Below are positions 24,832 to 38,942 of a stretch of DNA of 64,000 nt, in pieces. The notes under the pieces were generated by a model. It made no database searches, was not told where the DNA came from, and saw nothing but the letters and a program-made list of their open reading frames with translations. How positions within the stretch are numbered: the stretch's first letter is position 1; the number at the start of each line of letters is the position of its first letter. Source of the stretch: Chlorokybus atmophyticus (taxonomy: Eukaryota; Plantae; Mesostigma and Chlorokybus algae); the NCBI GenBank assembly GCA_009103225.1, contig RHPI01000026.1, positions 79,957 to 143,956 on the forward strand, given 5' to 3'. The translations under genes were made by a program, and so were the position numbers.

Positions 24832-26765
24832 ATGTCGACCTCATCCGTCGAAGACCCCATCACCGAGAACCTCAGTAACAATGCTGGTGCCGACGACGAC
24901 GATCACTACACCACTGACGACGACTTCGAACCCTACGACGAGGACTTCCACTCCGCCAACACCTCCATTAATGCCAACTCAGTCAGCAACGACGTCGAGG
25001 CCAGCGCAGACATCTCTGTCGCCTTCGTCAGGGCCAGCGATGATGGCGGAGAGGAGGGCGAGGAGGCTTACAAGTCAGCGAGTGGAAGTGTTGGTGTGCG
25101 TGGCACGCAGAGTGTGAGCAACAGCGTGGACAACAGTGTGGGATTCAGTGTGGGCATTAGTGAGAGTGTTGAAGATGGGAGCGTTGGGGAGGTGGGTGGT
25201 GGTGGAAGTGAGAGGGGTGGGAGTGGGTGTGGGAGTGGAGAAGGTGGGAGTGGAGAGGATGACGAAGGGGAGGAGTATTACAGTGAGAGATTTGAGACGG
25301 ATGAGGTGAGTCTCTCTCCCTTTTCAGGTCCACACGCATGTACGCACTCGCTCACGCACAAGCACACGTGCGCGCGCTCTTGTACGCATACCTCCACATC
25401 CCCACACACGCGCCCGCCCGCCCGCCCGCATGTGCTTGCCATCACACAACCCCTCACCCTTCACCCCTGACAGGACACCGCATCGCCAGCGAGCAGCACC
25501 AGCGTCGTTTCGTTGGCACGGGATGACACTGGGAGGTCAGTGTGGGCTGAGATGGAAGCGGATGTGCGGGCCAGGATGGCCGAGCGGATTGGGCGGGGAG
25601 GGAGGGCGAGAGGGAGGAGGAGACAGCGGGGAGGTACGGGTGTTGGTCGGGTGTTGGGATTGGTTTCTGCATGTGCGTGTGCGTGTGGGTAGGAGGGGGT
25701 GTTTACGCGTGCGTGCGTGTGTGCTTTTGTCCAACTCCTGTACTTGAGTTAGTCACTCCCTGCCTCACGCACTCGCACTCAGTCGCTCACACTTGCACGT
25801 ACTCATTTACTCACATGCAGGGCCAAACCAACTACTGCCGAATGAAGTCTTGCACATCCTTTGCGAGCGAATAACCAGCCAAAGTGCAACAGACGCCAAC
25901 TCTCAACTGCAACAACAGACACGCTTGCGTCGACCCGGCAAATGCCAACCCAACGCAACAGTGCCCGCGGACTGGCTCGCGAAGCTACGCGCCGCCAATG
26001 TCACCCACGCCATCAAACAGGTAGGACCTAACTGTGTGTGTGTGCTGTTGTGTGATGTGCATTCGCGCGCATGCGCGCGTGTGTGTGCGTGCGTGTGTGC
26101 GTGCGCATGTGCTTGTGGCGCGCATTTGTGTGCGACGCGCATCTGCGTGTGCACATGTGCGCGTGTTTGCATTCTTTCAACCACAAGTGACCCAATGTTG
26201 AAACATCCTCCAGCCACTTGATGACAAGTTCTCCACACGTCCAACCATCCCGCCCTCGACTGCGCGTTCATCCTTCATCGACACCTCGACCGTGCGCTTG
26301 CAAGCCCGCGAGTACGACTCGGTCGTACTCACGGGTGGGACGCGCTTCACCCAACATCACGATGTGGTCTCTCAGATAGGAGACTTCTTCCAACAATTGA
26401 CTACCATGCAACGAGCGCGTGACAGCGAGTCCACATTTGCACGCACGGCGGGGGAGCTGTTGGGTGAAGTGTTATTGGGTGGTGAACAGAGAAGGGAGAG
26501 GTGTTATCTTAGTGCGAGGGATGTGTTGTGGGAGAGTGAGGGGGTGCGGCTGAAGGCAGACAAGTTGTTGTTGGGTGAGGATCTTGTTGCGGATGTTGTG
26601 AGTGGGGTGGCCGAGGAGGCGGTGAGGTTGCGCAAGGAAGTGGAGGAGGCCAGAAGAGAGGTGTTGTTGGGTCGGGAAGAAAGAGGAGGAGAAGACCTGT
26701 TTGCAAGGGTGCTGCAGGAGAGCAAACAGCTGAGGCATACTGCGGCTGCCATCCTTTCCAAGTGA
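24832..26765 (+). CDS. Uncharacterised protein with acidic low-complexity N-terminus and helical C-terminus
   Basis: Asp/Glu/Ser/Gly-rich exon 24832 to about 25305 ending at a GTGAGT donor, further exons near 25470-25630 and 25820-26020, and a terminal exon in ORF 26292-26765. No family recognised. Confidence 0.55.
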
Positions 26766-27196
26766 CGGGTTGGGTGTATAGTGTTGTGTAGGTGTACAGG
26801 TGAGTTTATAGCGTGTACATGTTGACATATACCCAACCATTGTATATCGTGGCTCATGGTAAATGTGCTACTATATTACTGGTTCTCGCTCAAAAGACAA
26901 GCCCATTGCAGCTGTTCAAGTAACATCCAACTTGTTGCGACAGTTGTGGAAACAGCTTGACATATCGAATGATTTTACTACACAGCAAGTTTCTAACAGT
27001 GGGAATTCCCCTGAGCCTCCATTGTAACCATCATAACAATGGGAAAGAATGTGTGTGTATACCCCTAAACAACTCCTCTCTCTCTTGCTGGCCACCGGCT
27101 TGCTTTCGCACCGATTAGCAACCACCAGCAGCAGCAACAAATACTACCTCTTCTCTATCCCATGTGTTCACCCCTTAGCGCGTGAGACTTGTCGAA

Positions 27197-29608
27197 TCAC
27201 AGCGTGTTGGTGTTGAGTGCAGCGGCGGGCTGTTCAAACTCGGGGAGTGCGGTCATCATCTCCTTCTTGACGAAGGCCGACAGCTGCCAGGACGCCAGCT
27301 CGAAGGCCACGAAGGCCGCCGCGTTCGTTGGGAACGCGCGCAGGATCGCGGGGACGAAACCGGCGTAGAGACCACGTACACCGGAAGTCCTCGCCAACTG
27401 TTCACACGCATATATACACATGAACGTTGTTATGCTGTGTTGTTGCAATGTCCAGACGCAATTGAGTTGTGCATACGCTGGCGTGCAACAACATCCTGAT
27501 CTCATGCCTCATGTGTGGTGTTTAGATCAAAAGGTGCTTACTAACAAATCAACGAGTAGTAAAGGCATCATATGTAGGGTTGCAATGATGTGGTGGTGAA
27601 TGTGGCAAGCAGCACATACCACATGGAGCTGTTGGAAAACGGTCCCCCGTGCAGCGCCCGCGATGGCCTCGGTCTGTATCCTGGTCTTGATGACATCAAC
27701 TGGCAACACTATCGCCCAGAACTGCACATCGTGCGATGATGTCAACTATGCATTCAAGGTGTCAAGTAAATATAAGTGCCCGCATAGGCATGCGGGCACT
27801 GATCACGCACAGCATCCTACACGAATTCGCACAAATGTAGACGCACGCACGCAAGAAGACACACGCGCCATACGTGCACGCACAGGCACAGGCACAGGCA
27901 TGCGCGCTTGAACACACGAACACGCACACGCACACGCACACGCACACTGGCACATGCACGCACACACGCATGCACGATACACAAGCGAGACATCCACTCT
28001 CAACATGGTGAACTCTCCACTCACCGCTACCCCAGCGAGTCCCCCCGATACCACCGCCGCCGCCCCCTCCACCGCGACCTTCCTCGCCGTGATACTGCTA
28101 TCTGCGCGGTCGGCCTCCGTCGCGCCGAGCCAGCGGGCGACGCGAGGCCGCAGCGCCTCGTACGACGCGAAGTAGGCCACGTTGCCGGGGGACTCGCGGA
28201 GGACCGTCGCCCCAAAACCTCTGAACAAGCCACGGACCTGGGGGACAACATGACAGGATCACACTGATGGTACTGTAAGACAACACGCAAGGCATCTCAG
28301 CAACACAGTGTTGTGTATACTGTTTTTTGCTGGGCAAGGCACATCATCGAACATATCAGCAGTATGGTCTGGTGAGCATACTCCAAGATCGAGTGGTAAT
28401 GAAAGAAGTCGCACGCTGATCGGCAAGTATTGGGCTTGATGCAAGGTTTTAGTTCCATCAGTATGCATGCAGATATTCGATACAACACACGTGCGCACGC
28501 TTACCCCCTCTGTGGCGACGGTCTTGCGCACAACGTCCATGGCGCCGCCGTACCCCGCGCCTCCCATGCCCACTTGCATCCGACACTGGAAGGAAAAATC
28601 CTCAATTGCAACCCAACATTGTTACAAGTAATGGGAATGGACAAGGAGAACTAGTGTCTTACCTTCACGAGCTCCACAGGCGTGAGTATGCCCGCCACCG
28701 CTGCACCAGCGGCCGCGCCACCCAGAGCGACAGCCTTCCAACTGGTCGTGCCGTCCTTGTTGGCCTGTACGTAAGTCAGTGTTTGAGTTATGCTGTTATG
28801 CATGTAGTACACATCTTTTGTTGGGATGACATGTTGTGTGTGCGTGTGAATATGCTCCCATACGCAAACGCATGCATCGCGCTTGTCCATACCTGTGCGC
28901 AGCACGCGCACACCCACACATGTTCATGTTTGTATAAGTGCACACGCACGCACGCACGCGCACCCACTCATGCAAGTGTCACGTGAGTGTTTCAGCGTAC
29001 ACGCACACATACACACACAAATGCAAGCGCGCGCACGCATGCACACTTACCCTTGTGTGCATACATTCTCGCATGCGCGCACTTATACATCACTATCATC
29101 TGCTGAACCAACAAGATCCGCATCCTGAATGACAGTTTCCAACCTCTCCACTCACCGGCAGTGCCTTCTTCACGCCGCTGTACACAGCAAACAGCACCGC
29201 ATTCTCCAACGGCGATCCTATCAACGGGGAGGAGGCGCCCCTGTACAAACCCCGCACCTGCAACCAAAAACAGCGTGCATGACGTCAAACGACTTGTTTG
29301 TAAACAAGAAACAGCTGCCAACACAGTAACACAACATAGCATAACACAAGCGTACCCCTTCGTGACGCATGATGTCCGTGAAACAGTGCCACAAGCCTCG
29401 GTACTGCCGTCTAGCCGCTTGCGACTGCAACCGAACCTGATTTCACATCGAGTGTCAATACACAAATCAAGTCTAACAACCATCCAACGGATTAGCACAA
29501 ACAATACGATACGCACCTTGCAGGTGTCGAAAGGGTGGCCGGCGGCGACGCTGGCCACGCCGGCAGCCACGCCAGCGGCGAAATCGGCGAACCCTTGAGA
29601 CATCACCA
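27197..29608 (-). CDS. Mitochondrial carrier (SLC25), basic-amino-acid/carnitine-carrier-like
   Basis: Three PX[D/E]XX[K/R] repeats (HPFDTCKVR, TPVELVKCR, LPVDVIKTR) and GVRGLY/FRG motifs, plus RESPGNVAYF and RAFPTNAAAF. Substrate is not resolvable from sequence. Confidence 0.92.
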
Positions 29609-30062
29609 TTGCGTGTGCTTGTGCTTCTTGCGCGCGAGAGAGAGTGGCCACACGAGCCTCACTCGCTCTCGAGAGAAAATGCTAGGAGGAGGACAATGCA
29701 ACACCACCAGCCATTGTTGTTGTTGTTGTTGTTGTTGTTGACGACGTGTCAAGTGTTGGTCAAGAGGGTGCTGTGTAAGGAATCAGTTGGCACAAGCCCG
29801 TGTGTTGTAGGTAAGGCTTGTGTGTGTTGTTGCAATTGCACAGCTTGTCTGCTTGGCAATCTGGGTCACAACCTGATTTGCGACACACAACAGAAGCGTG
29901 AGATCAGCGCTTCTGAAACAACTACCGACGACATGACTATGAGTGCTTTTCTTCAATGATAATCAAACATTGAGAGTAACCAAAGAGAGATCCAGCATGT
30001 GTTGCTCGTTGTGTGGTTATTGAGATATTTAGTAACATGTGTGTGTATGTGTGCGGGGGGGG

Positions 30063-30247
30063 NNNNNNNNNNNNNNNNNNNNNNNNNNNNNNNNNNNNNN
30101 NNNNNNNNNNNNNNNNNNNNNNNNNNNNNNNNNNNNNNNNNNNNNNNNNNNNNNNNNNNNNNNNNNNNNNNNNNNNNNNNNNNNNNNNNNNNNNNNNNNN
30201 NNNNNNNNNNNNNNNNNNNNNNNNNNNNNNNNNNNNNNNNNNNNNNN
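30063..30247. other. Assembly gap (N run) after a G-run
   Basis: N bases in sequence. Confidence 0.99.
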
Positions 30248-31134
30248 GGGACATTTGTTTTATTCTCACTAAGATACTGCCACCATATCCCAACCTACGC
30301 TAGTAGCATCTTCGTTAATGATGAAATATGGGTCACTTGCCTGTAGCAGAATGCTATTCAGGCAAACAGTGAGCGCACCATCCGAGGCCACTTTAATGAA
30401 TCATTATCAACACCATTACCAGTCGAAGTTACTGTCCATGCCACTGTTCACACCGAAGTGCTTGCACCAGATTGATATGATGTTTTCCGTAGACCAACAC
30501 GAGAGCTACTAAGAATCTGTTTCAAGCAAGTCAAACTCAGCTTACAGACAGAACAAAAAGTAGCCCCCAAGCAAGCCTCACCAGCACCCAGCCTGCCCCT
30601 CCACCAAAAGACCCTCTCCGATCAGCTCAGTCGAGTTCACAGCCTTCCAAAGCACAGCTATTCAAACAACAGCTTGCACACAGCTTCGCCCCTTCCGCTA
30701 GCTTTCCCAGTGGCCCCAACAAAACCAATCCAGCCACGCCTCCCGCCGCCGTGAAGCTTGTGTGTGTGCACAGTGTGTCTTGAACCGGCGGCCCCCATCA
30801 TCATGTTATGTACTCACACGTAAGTACTCAACTACAGCTCACTCCCCTAACGTTTCCGGTGCCATTGTGACCGCGCAACGCTGCCAGCAGAGAGCTGCGG
30901 AAATCACATAACGTTATGAAGCGCGTCTGTTCCTCTCTGGGTGGCATACATGACACTGTCGATATCACGCAATCAGCTCGATATCGCCACTCGCCCGGAA
31001 TAGCAGCTGTTGTTGTTTACTGGAAAGGTGACACGTGGCGGCTGCTGTCGCTGTCGCCGCCGCCGTCGCCGCCGAAGGAGAAGGGGAAGAGGAGGAGGGG
31101 GAGCAGGAAGGAGAGGGGGAGGAGGGGGTAAGCG

Positions 31135-32694
31135 ATGGAGGTGGGGCCGATTTATTGCGCGGAGCAGATTGGGGTGCCGCCTGGGCTGCCTGGCGTCCTG
31201 AAAGAATACGTCAAACAGGCAAGCATAAGGCAAAACACGGTCCAGTTCGTGTATTTCAAGTGAGCAACATAAACACTATGACTGGCAGAACGTCTCAGTG
31301 CTGCTGTGTATGAGCTTTAACAGTAGCGAATGCGCTGTCAAGTCAATCAATACCTCGGCATTGTGAAGTAGTTTCCAAATGGTGGCGGTTGTGTGTGCGC
31401 ACGCACCCACGCAAGCGCACAAAACACAAGCTCACATACTCACCCAAACACACACGCACCCTTACCTCAGGCGCACACACGCCTGTTTTCTCAACATTGT
31501 TGTTAACAGGTTTTGAGGCGCCAGCCCGAGGACGTCCTCGCCTGGAGCGCCGACTACTTCGCCCGCCTAGCCTCCACCACCCCAAACCCCACTACCACCT
31601 CCACCTCCATCACCTCCACCTCCGCCACCATAACGTCCACCTCCATCACATCCACCTCCGGCATCGACATCCACGGCAACAAGCATGGCGTTGGAGTGGT
31701 TGGAACGGGTGGAGCGGAGGCGGTGAGAAGGGCGGCGGAGCAGCTGAGGACGGTGGAGATGATGGATAAGGGGGACCTGGTGAGAGAGAGAGTGTGTGTT
31801 GTTTGTATGCTTGTGAACAATATCAAAGTGCTGGTGTTGATGTTGATGTTTGTTGTTGGTGATGGTGTTGCCCCAGCTGACGGTGCTGGAAGGATGTGGT
31901 GTGGCACGCGCGGACGCCGAGCGCGTGCTGGTGCTTCTGCAAGAGGAGGCCCAACACGCCACCACAGTAAGCAACAACAACGACCACCATCATAACACAA
32001 CACACAACACTGACTCACGACAACACCAACAACAACGACGTATGTAACCAATGTATCAGGGTGATGGTGAGGAAGACGAGCAGTCCTCAAGCAGCAGGCC
32101 GCCCAGCAGCAGCGCCGCCGTGCTGGTGGAGCCAGGCGAAGCCCTGCTTTTACTGCTCGCAACCACCGCAGAGGCAAGGAGGGATGAATCACTGTTGTGC
32201 ATATACGTGGCTATGTGTGCATGTGTGTCAACATGCCCAACATGTGTACTTTACATGACCCAACTCGCCAGCCGCTAAGACTTATTGCCTCTGCAGTCCT
32301 TTGAGGGGGTACTGCAGGCGATGTTTGCGGTGTTTGGAGGTAGAGCAGGTGGAGGTGGAGGTGGAGGTGAAGAGGAGGGTGTGCTGGAGGCAGACAGAGT
32401 CTTGGGGCTCATGAAGAGCCTCGCGCGGCGCGACGGCAACGTGCCGGAGGGGTTCATTGAGGCCCTCACCATGGAGTTGTAAGTGTGAAGTTGTGCGCAT
32501 GCATGTTTGTGTGCGTGCTTGTGTGCATGCCTAAGTGATTGTATACTCTTGCCTACGCACAAGCCTGTGTGGTGCGGGTAATGATAAGAATGTGTTGCTG
32601 CTCTTGCAGGCGAGAGCAGAACATTGAGAGACTGGACTATCAGGACTTCTGCCAACTGGAGGCCGTTCAGGAGCTGTTGACGCATGTAATCTAA
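31135..32694 (+). CDS. RSP11: RIIa dimerisation/docking-domain protein, radial spoke protein 11 / ropporin-like
   Basis: Exon 31135-31218 MEVGPIYCAEQIGVPPGLPGVLKEYVKQ joins through a GC-AG intron (31219-31509) to VLRRQPEDVLAWSADYFARLA, matching the RSP11/ROPN1L N-terminus. Last exon 32610-32694. A second GC donor is at 32174. Confidence 0.85.
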
Positions 32695-33318
32695 CACATG
32701 AACAACTATTGCATTTCTAACCACTAGTAGTATAGCTACCAGAAGTGCTTACCGATGTCAATAGCATGGGTGTATCAGAGTTGCAAACCGTTCACTGGGT
32801 TCCACATCACACGCTGCCAGCCTGGAAGTCAACGCCAATGTCCTCCACCACAAACCTTAAATGTAGCATTGTAAAAACTTCACATCAGGTGCATCTGTGC
32901 AACACTACAGGATGTGGCCTCGCTGCTCGCTGCTCCGAGACACATTTGTTTAGTTGGTGCACGTGAGTGATGTGAGTGATGTGAAATAGGAGGGTATATA
33001 GGATATGTGAGGTGCTGTTGCGCACGCGCATGAGGATGCGACATTCGATCTGCAAGTCACTGCATGAACATGATTACACAGGCGAATTTCCCACCACCGA
33101 GCTAACACAGTGCTTTATAGCTGTCTACCTACTTCACTAACCTACTACTACTGGCTGTGCATGATTTCGCAACCTTGCAACCTTGCGCGCGCAACACACT
33201 TCACGCATGGGACATGCATCCGTCCACACCATTCCACGAACTTCAGCTCGACAACTTGCTCACATAGCGAGCAGCGTGCACACAACGGTTCAGTCTATCC
33301 CAATGTCACACACACGCG

Positions 33319-35853
33319 CTACACCTTTTGTATGACAACGGCATTAACAAGTCCCGCATCTTCAATGCTCTGCGAGGCATCGGAGAGCTCTTTTGCGGGG
33401 AACGCTGTGACGAGGCGATATCCTGCGGGCTGCACGCCGGGCTGCGCGTGCTCGATGAAGCGGCGGATGTCGCCCACCGTATGCGTGTGGTTGAAGCGCG
33501 CCACCATGCGCGTCCCGTCGTGCAGACGCAGCTGCAGCGTCGTCACTGGTTTGGAGTCGTCCACCTTGAAGTCGTGCAGGGCGGACGACGGTGCGCGCTG
33601 TGGTGTGGGTGCGTTCGATGATGGTGGCGGCGGCGGTAATTCTGTCACTTGCTGAGTGCTGTCTGAACTTCCCGCCAATGTCCTGGCCGTGCCGGCAAAA
33701 GCTCTGTATTTGGGCTCGGGTGGAGGCTGCAGTGCACGAGTTGTTGAGATTAGCGCTGTGTGTTGTGCATGAGTTGTGACACGTCCAACGACCAATATAT
33801 GTGTTGCCTTAAGAGTCAAGACCGTACCACATAGTCTTCCATGCGCCTAACAAGGTTGACATGCACGGGCACGTTGTGGTCTGCTGGCTCCAGCTCGCGC
33901 GGCCGCTCTCCTCTATTGATGCTCTGTTCGCAACAAAGCGTTGTAGCATATATCCAGTGTTACAAGGAGACTATGACATCTGATGGCTTACATCCAGAAA
34001 TGAGCGGTTGGCAGGGTCATCTAGCCGCCGCAGCGGTCCATCATCAACTGTGAAGCCATTGCGGTAGAACACGATCGTATGTACGGAAGGCGGGGGTGGT
34101 CCGGCCTGTTGAGGTGCGGCCTGTTGCGGTGCGGTTGCGGCCCCGCTGAGCGTGCGAGCCGTGCCTGTCAACGCCCCTCTTGTCAAGAGCTTTGCACACC
34201 TCGCTGGTGTATACCATGAGTTGCATACAATGTATGCATGCTTGTGTGCATGGGTCTAGAACAGCTTCAAGTGTGAGTTTTGTGTGTCATCAACACACGC
34301 ATTGCGGTGCTTAAGACGGAAGTGTTCGACAAACATATAGGGGACTCGCACAGAGCGGGTGGTCATCCCAATGCAAACATACCACTGAAAGCTGAAGGTC
34401 TTGATGGCCCGCTACGGCCAGGCACAAGGTCCGCGGGGCCGCCCTCAACAGCCCCATGCTGGCGAGCACGCTCAAACAGACTCTCAACCGGATCCTTCCC
34501 GTGCTGCGGATCTTGGACCATCATACCACTGCAGGAGAGCATGAGTCAACAACAAGTTTGCACACACAAACACACATGCACACACGCCCCCGCGCGCGCG
34601 CACACATACACACGCATGCACACACACATGCAAACCTCAGCAATGTACACGCTTTCCCGAACACGTCAAGTACCAACTTGCTACGCACCTTTTCTCGCCA
34701 CCGGTGTAGTACTCCAACGGGTCATCTTCATCACTGTCCGACCCGCCACCGCCGCCACCACCGCCGCCGGAGAGCTCTGAGAAGCTGCGGATCCGTGGGT
34801 TGCTGCCAGACCCGCCGCCACGGCGGGTTGGCGCGTTCCCGCCCCCACGCAAATTGCCAAAGCCGCGGATGTTGCCAGCTGGCTGTATCCTTGGAGGCTG
34901 CCGCTGCTGTGCGGGGGCGGGGGCAGCTGGCGGGACTGAGGGCACAACTGGAGGGGATGTGTCTTCGTCTTCAGGGTCATAGTCGTCATCGTCGTCGTCA
35001 TCAATCTGATCGTGTGCGGTCGCAGCTTCACCCGGCGCAGCCCCAGCAGACACCTCCACACCGTTGTGATCAAAGAAGTTGGAGATGGCTGCCTGTAAAC
35101 ATTTGACAAACTTAAGCAATAGATAGCTCAGTCTGTAGCCTACAACGCCGGTGAGAACCTGTTGATGTTATGTTTTTGCACATATATCCCTTTACAAATC
35201 CCACACAAACAGACTAAACTTCAAAAACTCATAGGCGTTGTAGGGGACGCCTGAAAGCTTCAAGCATACCACGTGCCATACATAAGACTCTAGGAGAACA
35301 TGCTCTAAAGTCAAGCAATAAAAAAAGCCTTGGCAGCCATTGCACCAAGTTACAGCAAACTCAACTAAAGGGGTGTTTGGTGCGTGTGGGTGTGTGCAAA
35401 CCGGACATGGGTCTACGCAAACTCATATGTACAAATAGAAGCGTGATGCCTCGCTGGTTTCTGGAAAGCATGTGTTTTGGTAGCACAGCACAGATTAAGG
35501 ACGTTTACACACCAACGACTTAATGATGTGCAATGTTCCGCACTTGGCGCACTTTTACTGAAGTCGTGTGCTGGCAAGTGCAAAGCAGGGTTGGCAATGT
35601 CACTGTTGTCTGCGACATGCAATTTTGCACGTTGCAGACGTTCAGCTGGCATACTGTTTTTGCAATGACTTGCATAAATGCATGCATGCCTGAAGACAGA
35701 CATACCACGACGGACAACAAACCATCAACCGACTGACTAACTAACCTGGACGTCCCAAGCGCTCAAGTCCAGATAAAAGCGAGCCTGCTGCTGGGAAGCC
35801 CCCGTGATGGCCATGAAGCTGGTCATGGCCTCATCCTTGCCGGCGGCGTCCAT
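33319..35853 (-). CDS. NSFL1C: p47/Shp1/PUX-type Cdc48 cofactor (UBA-like, SEP, UBX)
   Basis: [28 protein letters not shown] (UBA-like), [46 protein letters not shown] (SEP), [34 protein letters not shown] (UBX). Confidence 0.93.
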
Positions 35854-36334
35854 AGCAAACCCTGACCACAGGCTACGCCAACAAACCCCGCACCCGCAGC
35901 ACTCAACCACCAACCACCGGTTTGCACACTCTCCAGAAAACCGTTACGACAACAACCACCCGCACCTTTCAAGCCCTACCTGAAGACAGTTACGCAGTAG
36001 AACACGCAAAACAACAACAACACTGGCAACGCCGATGACACCTCCTCCGGCGCCACCACCACCGCCTCCTTGACCACCGCCACCGCCACCGCCCAGACTT
36101 ATGCTCGCGACTTGAGTTTAGGGTTTGATCAAGCTTAGATCACCACGATTCCAGTGATATCTGTAATACAATTGACATCCAGCCTTCCTCCCAGCTGCCA
36201 AACGGCGGGAAAACACCTGAACACAAGCACAATGCAATGCAGTAGAACTTTGCTACAGTGAGCTAACAAACAAGCAGGGCAAGTAGGCTAGTGCGTTTGG
36301 CCACTCAACGGAGGTGGAGGTGGAGGTGGTCGTG

Positions 36335-38942
36335 ATGGGGGACCTATCCGGCGTGCTTGCGCGCCTTGAGGTTGTCGCTACTCGTCTGGAGTCGCTGGAA
36401 GGGAGGCTAGCTGTTGGGGGAGGGGAAGCGGGTGGTGCAGCTGCTGCTGCTGGGCAGCAGGGCGCTGTCACCTCCAAGCAGCAGCAGCAGGGTGGATCTG
36501 TGGGGGCGTTTGGAGGGTTGCTGCAGAATGAGCTCGCTGCGGTCTCGGCTGCAGGCGAGAAGATTGGAGGGGAGGTGGTCACTGCGTCAAATGCGGTGAG
36601 AGAAGGTGGGTGCACGCGTTAAGTTGCATTGGTTGACTGTCAGTGCAGGTTAAGAATTCGATGATATTTAAACCAGCGCAAATCACAGTACTCTGCTTGT
36701 TGTCCAGCTTGTTAACAAGTTGACGGTTGTCAGTTGCCTTGCATTCATTGCCCTTGCTTCACTAGTTGTAATGCATTGGACACTGGTATGCACTGGCAAA
36801 TTCGCCCATGCGCAGCAGTTAATAAACTGAGCTGGTCATAGTGCTACATGTTCGGTGTTGTTGACTGTTTCACCATGTGTTTATAAAGCAATTGCCACAT
36901 CCCGTGTTTCCTGCCAAGTTGACCATTGCCATGCGTCAGTGGCTCATGCTGTAGCCTGCTTCAAAGTTTGCTTGTTGATCTGGTATCACAACAAGCATCA
37001 CATCATGTCGCTGAGTGGTAGCCTATTCGCAGCTTTTGAGGCACAGGCGACTGTTGTCTCCGCTATGGCAGCTTGCAAACAGCCAGAAGTGGCAGCGCTG
37101 CAGTCTTTGCTGGCCCCGTTGGCGGAGCGCATACACGCAGTCACAGCACTGGCTGAGGGTCGACGCACGGCATCCTTCAACAACCTCAAGACTGCAGCAG
37201 AGGCAGTTGGCGCACTGTACTGGGTCGCTTACGCTGGCAAAGACAGCGGTACTGGCAGTTCATGCACTGAGACTGTTTGCAGTGCAGCGCAACAACTCAT
37301 GACCCGCATCATCACAGCGTGTTATGTACTGCTGTGTACAATGTGATTGCCACAGCACTACTACCATTGTGCTGACATGTGTCCATCGGATGATTCCTCT
37401 CTTCGTTGTGCTGTCTTCGTGGCAATGCACTGCTGAATTATCAAGTTTCCTGCATCTAGGTATGAGCATACCTCCCGTGCATGTAGAAGAAAGCTGGCAG
37501 GCAGCTGAGTTCTACGCTAACAAAGTGCTGATGGAGCATCGTGGCAAGGATGACAATCACCTTGACTGGGTAAAAGCCCTCAAAGCTTTGTTCTTTGCGC
37601 TGCGCGACTACCTCAAACGATGGCACACCACTGCACCAGCATGGAATGCCAATGGCAAGGTATTACGTTGGTTACAAATGCGGGTTACATCAAATACGTA
37701 CTCCCAAACTAACCAACAGCTACTCAGAGACGCTGTGTTTGTGTGCAGCCACTAGAATTCTGGCAGAAGGAAGGCGGCACTGCCAAGCCTTCTGCTGCTT
37801 CAGGGGCACCTTCGCCTGCACCTCCCCCACCGCCACCTCCACCCCCACCTCCTTTGTCCTTGCCTCCAATGCCTTCTTCATCCTCTGATAAAGGGCAAGG
37901 TTCAAGCATGGATTTCGTGTTTGCCGAGCTCAACAAGGGGGAGTCAGTCACTTCAGGTAAGCACATACAGGATGCTCTGTGTGTCGATGGGCTGTTTATT
38001 AATTTATTTAATTGTGCATCATTAAGGTCTCCGAAAGGTCACAGATGACATGAAGACAAAGAACCGCAGCGATCGATCAGGTGCAGTCCCTTCGACCGTT
38101 GCAGCTGCATCAATAGCCACGACAGCCACAACAGTCAATGCGAGCACGATGCGCTCTCCTGTGCTCGAGTTGCAGGGGGGCCGCAAGTATGTGCTGTTGT
38201 GCTGTTTGCCTTGCCCGTCTGTAGCATGAGGGGTAAACCAACATATGGCTGTGGTTAGATGGGTTGTGGAACATCACGTTGACAACCGAAACATCACGCT
38301 GCCGAACGTTGACTCGAAGCAGTCTGTGTATATCTACGGCTGTACCAACAGCGTGGTCAGCATTTCAGGTATGTAACAGTTCTTTGTCAGTTGCTGCAGG
38401 TCAGCTGCACTGACTGCATGGCTCCTGTGTGGCAGGGAAAGTCAATAACATCATCATCGACAGCTGTAAGCGCACAGGTGTGGTCTGCCAGGATGTTGTC
38501 GCGTCATGCGAAGTTATCAACAGCGCTGGCATCGAGTTGCAAACAGAGGTGCGAGCCGGCGCATCAACTTGAATGCCTGTTGTTGCACAACCGCAGGTCG
38601 TCTGCCATCTTTGGCTGACGTCGCTGTCTTATCAGGGCAATGTGCCATCTATAGCTGTTGACAACTGCGCCGGCTGCCAACTGTACCTCAGCAAGGCCTC
38701 GCTGTCTGCTGCAATCACAACCGCAAAGTCTAGCGCAGTCAATGTCCTGGTGCCGGGACCCACAGATGACAGCGACATGGTACGCTGCAATTGACGTGAC
38801 GTGAGCTTCTTTCTGAGTAGGCATGTCTAACAATGATGTTGTTTCTCGCGTCCAGGTGGAGCATGCGATCCCTGAACAATTTGTAAGCACTCTAAGTAAA
38901 GGCCAATTGGTGACAATGCCGGTCTCGCACTCGGGTGGTTGA
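36335..38942 (+). CDS. CAP1: Adenylyl cyclase-associated protein (CAP/Srv2)
   Basis: RLEVVATRLE N-terminus, HVEESWQAAEFYANKVL, poly-Pro, FAELNKGESVTSGLRKV, and C-terminal beta-helix exons ending EHAIPEQFVSTL..HSGG*. Confidence 0.93.
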
